A stretch of 63,867 nucleotides of DNA, counting the filler, from Bacteroidales bacterium (GTDB taxonomy: Bacteria; Bacteroidota; Bacteroidia; Bacteroidales; CAIWKO01): NCBI GenBank assembly GCA_035389045.1. It is 5 parts of 5 records of this genome, joined end to end, with 100 filler letters (N's around TTAATTAATTAA, not from the genome) between each part and the next. Parts side by side here need not be neighbours in the genome. Positions count along the whole stretch, not along the records: positions 1 to 15,136 come from DAOORA010000086.1; positions 15,237 to 29,943 come from DAOORA010000087.1; 3 more parts are not named here. One strand, written 5' to 3'. Shown here piece after piece: positions 7,795-17,400 of the stretch. The notes beneath the pieces are model-generated. The model did no database searches. It was not told the origin of the DNA and worked only from the letters and a program-made list of their open reading frames with translations. Both the position numbers and the translations under genes were made by a program. How positions within the stretch are numbered: the first letter of the stretch is position 1; the number at the start of each line of letters is the position of its first letter.

Positions 7795-10401
7795 ATGAGA
7801 AAAATACTTTTTCTGCTTCTCTTTTTGCCATTGTTGGGATATACACAGGTAACGGATGATTTTTCGGACGGCGATTTTACCACTAATCCCGCATGGTCCG
7901 GAACGGGCATGGATACTAACTTTGTGGTTGCCAGTGAAACACTGCAAAGCGATGGGCCTCACTGGAACCTCAATACCCTGGGTGATACCATATATCTTGC
8001 AACAGCAAACACCCTGATCAGCAATACAGAATGGAGTTTCCTGATCGATCTCGGATTTAATCCTACTGCCGATAACGTGGTCCGTGTATATGTGGTTGCC
8101 GATAGCAGCGACCTTCGATACGGTCTCAATGGTTATTATATCGAACTGGGGCAAACCAGCGCCGATAATATCAAATTTTTCAAACAAACAGGAACAACAT
8201 CCACACTGCTTTTTACCGGTACAACCTCCTTTGCCAGTAATATTAAAGTTAAAATAAAAATAACCCGCGATTCGACCGGAAACTGGAACATCTTTTCGGA
8301 CCCCACCTATACCGGGCTTAATTATTCTCCCGAAGGGGCATCCTTCAATGATACCACGGTCACAGCTACCTCCTTTATGGGCGTTTACTGCCGGTATAAG
8401 ACCGATACCCGGTTTAACCAATATCATTTCGACGATTTTTACGCCGGACCGATTATTCTTGACACCATAAGTCCGGCCGTGCAGTCGGTAACCCTATCAC
8501 AACCAATGAAACTGGATGTTGTGTTTACTGAAAAAATGGACGAAACCACCGCTGAAGACACCAATAATTATGATGTCCCCGGATTGGGACACCCCCAATC
8601 AGCAAGCAGGGATTCCGCCGATTTTGCGTTGGTGCATCTGACATACCCAGCGGCATTTATTCAGGGAGTGGCCTATTCACTGATTATTTCCAATGTTCAG
8701 GACTTGTCCGGGAATAGTGTGATTCCAGATACCATACCGTTTTCTTTTTATGATGGTAATACTTTCGATGTGGTGATCAATGAAATTATGGCCGATCCCG
8801 ATCCTTCTGTGGGTTTACCGAATTTTGAATACCTGGAATTATTTAACAGGACACAGATACCGATAAACCTGAAAAACTGGAACATCACGATAGGATCTAG
8901 CATAGCAATTTTGCCGGAGATCACGATACTGCCGGGTGATTTTCTTATCCTTACAGGCAGTGCAGCCGAGCCATACCTGTCTTTTTACGGCGCTTGTGTT
9001 GGATTTTCATCATTTTCGCTCACCAATACCGGATCAGCGCTGATCTTACGTAATAAAACCGGCGACATCATACACTTTGTAAATTATACCGACAGCTGGT
9101 ATCAGAACACACTGAAAGATGAAGGCGGTTGGGCGCTGGAGCAGATTGACCCTGCAAATCCCTGTGGCCAAAGCGCCAACTGGCGGGCCTCCACCGACCC
9201 CGCCGGAGGTACCCCGGGCAGGATCAATTCGGTATCTGCCAGTAATCCTGACCTGAAAACACCCTTGCTTATCAGGGCATCAACAAGCAGAAAACCTGCC
9301 GACTCAAACAGGGTTAAAATCTACTTTAATGAACCGCTGGTGGACGGACTATTCATGTATGACAAAACAAAATATTATGTTGACAACAATATAGGAAATC
9401 CTGATTCAGTTAAGCTGCAATCTCCCGAAAATGAATGTATTGAACTTGTTTTTGCACAGGCATTCCAGCCTGGAATTATTTATACGCTGACAGTCCGGGA
9501 TAGTATTTTTGATTGCGCCGGCAACCAGGCATCCGTCAATCAATACGTTAAATTTGGCATTCCCGCTTTGCCTGATTCGGGCGATCTGGTGATCAATGAA
9601 GTTTTAGCAGACCCCTTTAGTGGCGGCGCTGATTTTGTTGAAATTTACAACCGCTCAGGTAAAGTCCTTGATTTTGCTGATCTTAGCCTTCTTTCCTTAA
9701 CAGACTCCGCATTAATTACCACCGAAAACTTTCTGAGTCTTCCCGGTTCTTATACCCTTCTTACCACCAATCCCGATGCGGTGAAAACCCAGTACTATAC
9801 CCCCAACCCCTACCATTTTATCGACATGGCCTCGTTCCCTGCGATGAATAATGATGGAGGCACTGTTATTCTGGCAACCAATACGGACACCATCATTGAT
9901 GCCATGTCGTACACCGATGACATGCATTTTCCCTTACTAAATTCAACCGACGGGGTTTCGCTGGAACGTGTCAGCTACGACCGCCCGGCAAGCGATATCA
10001 CCAACTGGCATTCGGCTGCTGAATCCGTTGGATTTGCCACACCGGCCTATCAGAATTCACAGTTCATGGCCAACGAAGGGCAGAACGGCAGTGTAAGCCT
10101 GGAACCAGAGCTGTTTTCTCCCGACAACGACGGATATAATGATATACTAAATATTATATGTAAAAGCGATACCCCGGGAAAAATGCTGAACATCACCATA
10201 TATGATGCTAAAGGACGCCTGATCAAATACTTAATAAAGAACCAGCTCATGTCCGAACAAAGTGTTTACTCCTGGGATGGAACAACCGATGGCAACCTCA
10301 AAGCCAATATCGGAATATACATTGTGTATGTTGAAATGCTCGATATGCAGGGGAAAGTGAGCCATTTCAAAAAAACTGTTGTATTGGCCACAAAATTGTA
10401 A
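7795..10401 (+). CDS. Lamin-tail-domain/Ig-like protein with T9SS type B-like CTD
   Basis: Two VINE(I/V)xADP..E(Y/F)xE LTD motifs; FSPDNDGYND..IYD..G..WDG C-terminus; likely start MRKILF. Confidence 0.85.
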   Translation: MRKILFLLLFLPLLGYTQVTDDFSDGDFTTNPAWSGTGMDTNFVVASETLQSDGPHWNLNTLGDTIYLATANTLISNTEWSFLIDLGFNPTADNVVRVYVVADSSDLRYGLNGYYIELGQTSADNIKFFKQTGTTSTLLFTGTTSFASNIKVKIKITRDSTGNWNIFSDPTYTGLNYSPEGASFNDTTVTATSFMGVYCRYKTDTRFNQYHFDDFYAGPIILDTISPAVQSVTLSQPMKLDVVFTEKMDETTAEDTNNYDVPGLGHPQSASRDSADFALVHLTYPAAFIQGVAYSLIISNVQDLSGNSVIPDTIPFSFYDGNTFDVVINEIMADPDPSVGLPNFEYLELFNRTQIPINLKNWNITIGSSIAILPEITILPGDFLILTGSAAEPYLSFYGACVGFSSFSLTNTGSALILRNKTGDIIHFVNYTDSWYQNTLKDEGGWALEQIDPANPCGQSANWRASTDPAGGTPGRINSVSASNPDLKTPLLIRASTSRKPADSNRVKIYFNEPLVDGLFMYDKTKYYVDNNIGNPDSVKLQSPENECIELVFAQAFQPGIIYTLTVRDSIFDCAGNQASVNQYVKFGIPALPDSGDLVINEVLADPFSGGADFVEIYNRSGKVLDFADLSLLSLTDSALITTENFLSLPGSYTLLTTNPDAVKTQYYTPNPYHFIDMASFPAMNNDGGTVILATNTDTIIDAMSYTDDMHFPLLNSTDGVSLERVSYDRPASDITNWHSAAESVGFATPAYQNSQFMANEGQNGSVSLEPELFSPDNDGYNDILNIICKSDTPGKMLNITIYDAKGRLIKYLIKNQLMSEQSVYSWDGTTDGNLKANIGIYIVYVEMLDMQGKVSHFKKTVVLATKL

Positions 10402-10717
10402 TTACCGGCTGGCAAAATGAGCAAATCTGATTTAACTGAATGAAGTTAATGTATTAACATTAATCGTTTTAAAAGCAAAAAACAGAATCCTACTACGACA
10501 AAATTATAGTAAATATTGCTGCATGTGCAGCAAGCCAAACGTTACCGCCAAGTGTAAGAGACAGACAACGACATAGAAACATTGAAAAGTAAACCATTGT
10601 GGAAGGACAGAAAAACGAAATATTGACAAGACAAGAAAGCCGACACTCATGCCGACCCAAAGTTTTTTATTTTTTGCCCACCGCGCATTTTTTAAAAACA
10701 ATTTTAGCCAGCCGCGC

Positions 10718-10784
10718 AAATGGCACATTTGCTTTTGCCCCGACACACGAAGCCAACCCTTCGGCAAAATCAAAAGAGCCATTT
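10718..10784 (+). repeat. Island-flanking hairpin element L
   Basis: AAATGGC-ACA-TTTG-C-TTTTGCC ... GGCAAAA-T-CAAA-AGA-GCCATTT. Confidence 0.7.
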
Positions 10785-10810
10785 CTTGCTGACCCACAAA
10801 GAAAAGATAT

Positions 10811-13800
10811 ATGGAATTAACTACTATAGAGTACAATAGAGAATTTGCAAAACAAAGAGCTGAAGATGAATCAAGGCGTGCTGACATGAAGCAGCATGCA
10901 GATAAATTAATTCAGGGATTTGAAAAACTGGAAGAAAGTCATGCTAAAAGAGCTATTTGGGAATTATTTCAAAACGCAATTGATTTGTCTGATAATTGTG
11001 AAATAATAATTGAAATTACAGATGAGTACATTTCATTTAAGCATAATGGAAAGCCTTTTACTTCTAAAACATTAAGTTGCTTAATCAAACAAGTAAGTTC
11101 AAAAAACAACCAAAATAGTGATGATGAAGTAGGACAATATGGCACAGGTTTTATTTGCACACACTCATTTGGGAAAAAGATATTGATTTCAGGATCATTA
11201 GAGGAAGGGAACTATTTTATTCCGATTGAAAATTTTGAAATTGATAGAATTGCAGCAAATGCAGACCCTGATTTAATAAATAAACTTATAATCCAACAAA
11301 AAGGAGTATTTGAGTTAATAGAAAATGGTGAATTAAGAACAGAATGCTCTCCATATACTACTTTTTCTTATCAAACAAACAGCCTCCTTGAGAAACAATA
11401 CGCAGAAAAAGCTGTTGAAAGCCTTCAAGTAATCCTACCCTATGTTATGATGATTAATCAAAAACTTAAACGGGTGAAGGTGTATGATAAAAATGGATTG
11501 GAAACAATATACTGCAAAGGTGACATGGAAACAATTGAAGAAATATCGGTTACACCTATTCAGATAAATCAAACTTACAAGAAAATATATTCAATTTGTT
11601 CAACAGAAGAAAACTTGATTATAATTCTTCCACTAATAAACCAAAATGAAGCATTCGTATTTAATGAATCACTTTCAAAACTATTCTTATTTTATCCATT
11701 AATAGGAAGTGAAAATTTCGGATTCAATTATATACTTCATTCCAAACAATTTGCTCCTACTGAACCTAGAGATGGAATTCACTTAAAAAGCAAGAATGAG
11801 CAAGTTCAGGAAAAAGAAAGCCAAAATAGAGATCTTTTGCAAAAGGGTTCTGAATTAATTTTTGATTTTGTTCTTAAATACTCTGAGAAAATTGAAAATC
11901 CTCACTCTTTAGCTTATATCAACTTTAATGCAAGTTCTCAAAGCCCTTTACTTTCCGAATACTTTAAGGAATTAAAGAAAAATTGGGTTAATCAGTTTAA
12001 AACGTTTCAATTAGTTATATCTAAAAATGGGAGAATTAAACCTGAAAAAACATTATTTCTTAATAGCGAACTTTTAATTGATGTAGAATACTTTGATGCT
12101 ATTTATGAAATTACGAATCTATTTTGGTCAAATATCCCTGAAAAGGGAGTTGCTACACTTTGGACAAAATACGTTTTACAATGGGAAGATGAATCAACCT
12201 CTTTTATTAGAATTGCCGATATTGTTGAAAAAATTCAAGAAAGAATAACACTGGATTCATTTTCAGAACCGGAAAACCTTTTAAGTTTTTATCATTATCT
12301 GATCAAATATGGACATGGTGAAATTTTTAATCAGTTCAAACTACTTCCCAATATTAAAAATGAATTTCGATTACAATCTCAACTTAATTCAACCTTGAAC
12401 ATTGATAATATTCTTATTAAGGTTGCAGACGTTTTGATTCCAGATGTTCCAAAACGATATATTAAACCAGGGTTTGAGTTTAATATTGGATTTGAACCTT
12501 ATGATAGGAAACAATTTTCAAAAGATATTAATTCTCAAATAGCTGAATACACAAAAACTATTAAAGAAAATACTTTATTGAACAATGATATACTTTTAGC
12601 TTTAATTGAGTATTGCAAAATATTCCCATCACTTGAAAATACAGGCACTAGAGGTCAGTTAATAAAGTTAATATGCGAATATTATAATGTGGATTCGACC
12701 TTTATTCATTTACCTTCTGTTGTTAATCAGGAAATTGATTGGTTGCCATCTATTAAGTGTTTATTAAGGAACTTTATTTGGGAATTAAATGCAAAAGACC
12801 AAATATGGATAGAATCAAACAAGGAATTTCTGAAAAATGTAATTTTCGTTATTTACAATTACTACGAGTTCGAGGAGCTTGTGTTGAGTTTACCCATTTT
12901 TCCAAACCAATTATTTGAACTTTGCAAACAAAGTGAGTTAAAACTGGATGGTGGAATACCAGAAGAACTTAAGAATCTGTATGATGATATTGTAAAACCA
13001 CAAAGGTTAATTAGAAGCACTTTAGTTTTAAATGGATTTGAGAGTTACTTAAAGGAATGCGAAACAAGATATTCTAAATACCTTGGAGACTCTATTGAAA
13101 AAGTATTTTTAGACGAAAAACCATACACTGAAATAAATGATCATCCTCACAAAAAGGACATACTTTATATTATTAAAAAAATATCAGACGATGAGAAGTG
13201 GTCTAAATACTTTCCAACTATTGAAGACAAAAAGGCTGCGATAATGATGGCAAGGATTTCCGATAGTGAAACTAAAAATGATTTATTTTCGATAATTGGC
13301 TTAGACAAAAACAAAATAGCATTATTAGGTGAGCTTTCTAGGCAAGAAGATTTAGAAAGAATAATTTTACTTGGTAAACAAGCATTAGAAGAAGAAAAGA
13401 GAAACAATGCTGATTTCCAATTCAAACATACTATTGGCACTCATATTGAAAAAATAATAAGAGAAAAAATTGGTGCTGATTTAATTAATTTTCAAATCAA
13501 AGTTCGTGATGAACAAGGTGGGCAAGACATCGTTATAGAGTTCAACAGTTCAATAATATATTATATTGAGGTCAAATCTCGTTGGGACATCAGAAATTCA
13601 ATAACAATGAGTCCGCTTCAAATGAAAAATGCCGTTGCAAATAAGCGCATATATTCCTTATGTTGCGTTGATTTGACGGATTATAAAAATGGCGAAGCTG
13701 ACAGATACAATGTAACAGACATTCAAGAAATAATTCATAAAATTCATGTTCTCACTAACATAGGATTAAAAATAGAACCTCTACTAAATGGAATATTGGC

Positions 13801-13861
13801 AGTAAAAGATTACGAAAATGAAATTTCTTTAACTGGTGATTATAGAGGTACTATTCCATAA
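10811..13861 (+). CDS. Sacsin N-terminal-like GHKL ATPase with C-terminal PD-(D/E)XK (DUF3883/NOV-C-like) domain; probable premature stop
   Basis: WELFQNAID, FKHNGKPF and GQYGTGF GHKL boxes; GQDIVI..YIEVKS nuclease motif; AT-rich. Confidence 0.8.
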   Translation: MELTTIEYNREFAKQRAEDESRRADMKQHADKLIQGFEKLEESHAKRAIWELFQNAIDLSDNCEIIIEITDEYISFKHNGKPFTSKTLSCLIKQVSSKNNQNSDDEVGQYGTGFICTHSFGKKILISGSLEEGNYFIPIENFEIDRIAANADPDLINKLIIQQKGVFELIENGELRTECSPYTTFSYQTNSLLEKQYAEKAVESLQVILPYVMMINQKLKRVKVYDKNGLETIYCKGDMETIEEISVTPIQINQTYKKIYSICSTEENLIIILPLINQNEAFVFNESLSKLFLFYPLIGSENFGFNYILHSKQFAPTEPRDGIHLKSKNEQVQEKESQNRDLLQKGSELIFDFVLKYSEKIENPHSLAYINFNASSQSPLLSEYFKELKKNWVNQFKTFQLVISKNGRIKPEKTLFLNSELLIDVEYFDAIYEITNLFWSNIPEKGVATLWTKYVLQWEDESTSFIRIADIVEKIQERITLDSFSEPENLLSFYHYLIKYGHGEIFNQFKLLPNIKNEFRLQSQLNSTLNIDNILIKVADVLIPDVPKRYIKPGFEFNIGFEPYDRKQFSKDINSQIAEYTKTIKENTLLNNDILLALIEYCKIFPSLENTGTRGQLIKLICEYYNVDSTFIHLPSVVNQEIDWLPSIKCLLRNFIWELNAKDQIWIESNKEFLKNVIFVIYNYYEFEELVLSLPIFPNQLFELCKQSELKLDGGIPEELKNLYDDIVKPQRLIRSTLVLNGFESYLKECETRYSKYLGDSIEKVFLDEKPYTEINDHPHKKDILYIIKKISDDEKWSKYFPTIEDKKAAIMMARISDSETKNDLFSIIGLDKNKIALLGELSRQEDLERIILLGKQALEEEKRNNADFQFKHTIGTHIEKIIREKIGADLINFQIKVRDEQGGQDIVIEFNSSIIYYIEVKSRWDIRNSITMSPLQMKNAVANKRIYSLCCVDLTDYKNGEADRYNVTDIQEIIHKIHVLTNIGLKIEPLLNGILAVKDYENEISLTGDYRGTIP

Positions 13862-13962
13862 TCAATTGTTAAAACTGGGTTTTCTTTTGATGAATTTATT
13901 AATACATTGGTGCTTTTAATTAAAGGCATATCAGAAAATAATCGTTGTTAATTATTTTGTCT

Positions 13963-15003
13963 ATGGTTGTAATTAAGGATTTTAATAATATTGAAATTAA
14001 CGTAGAAATTGAGGATTATTCTTTTCCTATTTTTTGTTGTATTGAAAACTTATTAATTGACACGAAAAATCAATTTAATATTGAATTGGCTAATGAAATT
14101 TGGCTTACAAATGATATTAAGAACATTAATAATCTTGATTTAAATAAAATAAAAAAAGAGATCGGAATATTATCATATGAATATTTATTATCTTCTTCAA
14201 ATATTTATGCTTACAAAGTCATTTCAAATAAAAAACTGATAATTGTAAATGATGAGTTGCAACAATTCATTGATTTTATTAATTTGTTCTGTTCGTTTTG
14301 TTTATGGTTTGTAAAAGACAATAACACATATATTAATGAAGTTTATTTTGCGTGGGCTGCGGTGAGCAGCAAATATTCAAACAGTTATTCTTATAAGGTT
14401 GACAATTCTTCAGTAACCACATTTACATACGAAGATATTGAGAATGCTGTGTCTATTATGCAGACAATTTTTAATATTGAAAAAATTAAATACATTTTGC
14501 CCTCTACACCACCATTACACCAAGATGATAAAAACAATATTATTTATAAATCTATCTACTTGATTTCAATCATTCGTAGCAGTTTTGATCTATCCATGAA
14601 AATATCAAATTCATGTATGTTATTTGAGCTATTTTTTTCCGCAGATAGTTCTGAAATAGTTCATAAACTTTCTGAAAGAATTGCATTTTTCTTAACCAAT
14701 AATGCGGAGCAAAGAATAAAGATATACAAATGCGTTAAAGATGCCTACAATATTAGGTCTAAACTAATGCATGGTGATTGCTTACAAAGTTCTCTATTTA
14801 ATAGGATACAGGAAGTTGCAAATAATTGTGATTCCTTAATTAGAGTACTTATGTATTCTATTCTTTCTTACAAAAAAGTACATGCAATTTTTCTAATGGA
14901 TAATGTACAGAAAAATGAATATTTTGAAAGATTAGTATTCGGAGTAGAAAATTCTCCTTTATGGGACAAGGCGGATGATTTTGAACTAATAATAAATGGC
15001 TGA
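13963..15003 (+). CDS. ApeA-like HEPN domain protein (putative RNase effector)
   Basis: FELFF..EIVHKLSERIAFFL..AYNIRSKLMHG with the RxxxxH motif; ATG at 13963. Confidence 0.8.
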   Translation: MVVIKDFNNIEINVEIEDYSFPIFCCIENLLIDTKNQFNIELANEIWLTNDIKNINNLDLNKIKKEIGILSYEYLLSSSNIYAYKVISNKKLIIVNDELQQFIDFINLFCSFCLWFVKDNNTYINEVYFAWAAVSSKYSNSYSYKVDNSSVTTFTYEDIENAVSIMQTIFNIEKIKYILPSTPPLHQDDKNNIIYKSIYLISIIRSSFDLSMKISNSCMLFELFFSADSSEIVHKLSERIAFFLTNNAEQRIKIYKCVKDAYNIRSKLMHGDCLQSSLFNRIQEVANNCDSLIRVLMYSILSYKKVHAIFLMDNVQKNEYFERLVFGVENSPLWDKADDFELIING

Positions 15004-15007
15004 CTAT

Positions 15008-15076
15008 TTTGCAAGCACATTGCCAAAGCCCCACGAGCCAGCGCTACAACCAATGCTTTGTCAAAGAGCTTGCAAA
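15008..15076 (+). repeat. Island-flanking hairpin element R
   Basis: TTTGCAAGC-ACA-TTG-C-CAAAGC ... GCTTTG-T-CAA-AGA-GCTTGCAAA. Confidence 0.7.
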
Positions 15077-15136
15077 GCCAACGTAAGCATACGGTAAACA
15101 GCATCTTTCCCACAAAAGAAGTTTGAACTATTTTTG

Positions 15137-15236
15137 NNNNNNNNNNNNNNNNNNNNNNNNNNNNNNNNNNNNNNNNNNNNTTAATTAATTAANNNNNNNN
15201 NNNNNNNNNNNNNNNNNNNNNNNNNNNNNNNNNNNN
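15137..15236. other. Assembly gap/contig linker
   Basis: N run with embedded TTAATTAATTAA, 100 bp. Confidence 0.99.
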
Positions 15237-15284
15237 GCAAAAAAGACGCATAAAGATATGAAAAGATAAAATCAAAACAATTTC

Positions 15285-15977
15285 TTAATCATTTAATGCA
15301 AAATCGACTGCTGCACAGGAGTGGATGCTGGTGCTGTCGAAAAGCTTTATTGAAGTGTCCTCCGGTTTTATGAGCAGGGGTAATTCCGTACAGCCCAGTA
15401 TAACGCCCTGGGCGCCGTTTTTAGTTGTTTTTTCCATGATCTCGATCATTTTTTTTCGAGAGGTTTCGTTTATGATGCCAGCGAATAATTCGCTGAAAAT
15501 CACATCCTGGATAAAATCCCGGTCCTGAGGTTCGGGGATCAGTATTTCCACACCATTTTTATGAAACCTGTCTTTGTAGAAATCCATTTCCATGGTTTGC
15601 CGGGTGGCAAGTAACCCAACCTTGTCAAAGTTTTCTTTCTGAACCTCCTTCAGGGTAGCTTCAATAATATGAATTAAGGGAATATTTATATCTTCCATGA
15701 TTTTATCAGCTACCATATGCATGGTATTGGCACAAATAAGCAGACAATCGGCGCCTGCACTTTCAATGGCATGAGCCGCTTTATTCATCAGGGCTCCGAC
15801 CTCGTCATATTTTTTTGCATCTACCAGTACCTCCACCTCATGAAAATTCACGGAGTACAGGACAATTTTTGCCGTGTTCCTGCCACCGGCTCTGATCAGC
15901 ATCTGCTGGTTAATCATGCGGTAATATTCAAGGGTAGACTCCCAGGTAGTACCCCCTAACAGTCCGATGGTTTTCAT
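15285..15977 (-). CDS. Aspartate/glutamate racemase family protein (YgeA/RacX-like)
   Basis: IGLLGG..WEST..YY; catalytic CANT and GCTE. Confidence 0.92.
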   Translation of the reverse strand: MKTIGLLGGTTWESTLEYYRMINQQMLIRAGGRNTAKIVLYSVNFHEVEVLVDAKKYDEVGALMNKAAHAIESAGADCLLICANTMHMVADKIMEDINIPLIHIIEATLKEVQKENFDKVGLLATRQTMEMDFYKDRFHKNGVEILIPEPQDRDFIQDVIFSELFAGIINETSRKKMIEIMEKTTKNGAQGVILGCTELPLLIKPEDTSIKLFDSTSIHSCAAVDFALND

Positions 15978-17242
15978 TTTTGAACCTTTCCGTTCATAAT
16001 AACCGTTTCTACTTTGTTACTTCCGAATGCGTAGGGCATATACTCTACTGTTGGTATCGGCTTGGTAATAAAGACATTGGCCGTTTTACCGGGTGCAATA
16101 CTTCCGAGTTCATCGGATACTCCCATAGCATAGGCACCATTGATGGTAACAGCATTGATAGCTTCTTCGGGCAGCATTTTATAGTTAATACATCCCATGG
16201 AGAGTATCAGCTGCATATTTCCGGATGGTGAAGAGCCGGGATTAAAATCACTGGCCAAAGCAACGGGAAGCCCGGCATGTATCATTTTACGTGCGGGAGC
16301 ATAGGGCATACCCAGGAAGAAGGCCGCACCGGGCAACAGGGTGGGCATGGTATCGCTGTCCAAAAGTGATAGTATTTCTTCATCTCCGGTATATTCCAGA
16401 TGATCTACAGAAAGAGCATTGTATTTTACACCCACCTGAATTCCTCCTGAAAAATCCAGTTCATTGGCATGAATTTTAGGTCTCAATCCGTATTTTATCC
16501 CGGCCATAAGTATCCGTTCAGTTTCCTCAACAGTGAAAAAGCCACGATCGCAAAAAACATCTATGTAATCGGCCAGGTCTTCTGTAGCAACCATGGGAAT
16601 CATTTCGTTGATGATCAGGTCAACGTATTCGTTTTGTTTTCCTTTGTATTCAAAAGGAACAGCATGAGCTCCCAGAAATGTTGACTTAATGGTCAGTGGC
16701 GAAAGTTCTTTCAACCTTTTTATCACCCTCAGCATTTTAAGTTCATCACGGGTTGTGAGTCCGTACCCGCTTTTGATCTCCACAGCCCCGGTTCCCAGCA
16801 TTTTAATTTCTTCAAGACGCTGAAGAGCTTGATGGACCAGCTCTTCTTCAGAGGTCTGGTGGAGTTTTCTTGCCGAGTTCAATATGCCCCCGCCACGTTT
16901 GGCAATTTCTTCGTAGGATAAACCTTTGATTTTGTCTGTATACTCAATCTCCCTGCTGCCGCTGTAAACCAGATGAGTATGCGAATCGCAAAAACAAGGG
17001 AATACCATACGGCCTGAAGCATCAATGACCTTTATTGCACGGTTTCCGCCGGTATCGGTTTCATTGAGATCTTTCATACGGCCGAATCCGGCAATTTTTC
17101 CATGCTCTATCACCAGAAAGGCATCTTTGACCGTCTTTAGCTCGGACATTTTTTTTCCGGCCGCCTTTTGTATGAGTTTCTTCCGGTCAGATTCGGTCTG
17201 AACAAGTTCTTTAATGTTCCTGATTATTATTTTCATAAACAT
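15974..17242 (-). CDS. hutI: Imidazolonepropionase
   Basis: DSHTHLV, EIKSGYGL, TFLGAHA, HANEL and ASDFNPGS motifs. Confidence 0.95.
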   Translation of the reverse strand: MFMKIIIRNIKELVQTESDRKKLIQKAAGKKMSELKTVKDAFLVIEHGKIAGFGRMKDLNETDTGGNRAIKVIDASGRMVFPCFCDSHTHLVYSGSREIEYTDKIKGLSYEEIAKRGGGILNSARKLHQTSEEELVHQALQRLEEIKMLGTGAVEIKSGYGLTTRDELKMLRVIKRLKELSPLTIKSTFLGAHAVPFEYKGKQNEYVDLIINEMIPMVATEDLADYIDVFCDRGFFTVEETERILMAGIKYGLRPKIHANELDFSGGIQVGVKYNALSVDHLEYTGDEEILSLLDSDTMPTLLPGAAFFLGMPYAPARKMIHAGLPVALASDFNPGSSPSGNMQLILSMGCINYKMLPEEAINAVTINGAYAMGVSDELGSIAPGKTANVFITKPIPTVEYMPYAFGSNKVETVIMNGKVQK

Positions 17243-17374
17243 AATATTAAAGGCGAAAAAGTAAAATTCAACGACAAATATAAATAAACAGACTATAAAA
17301 AACAGACCGAAGTTAATTAAATGTTAAAGTACTCAGGGCTGTTTTTTTGATTTCTCTCTTTACAAAATTATTAT

Positions 17375-17382
17375 TAATTTTG
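17375..17382 (+). promoter_or_regulatory. Bacteroidota sigma70 -7 box
   Basis: TAATTTTG just upstream of ATG 17401. Confidence 0.5.
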
Positions 17383-17400
17383 TTACAAAAAAGAATAAAT

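Noticed and set aside
10504..10887. ORFs 10504-10887 (-), 10599-10820 (+) and 14868-15113 (-)
   Set aside because: They overlap the structured flanking elements and real genes and show no protein-family signal.
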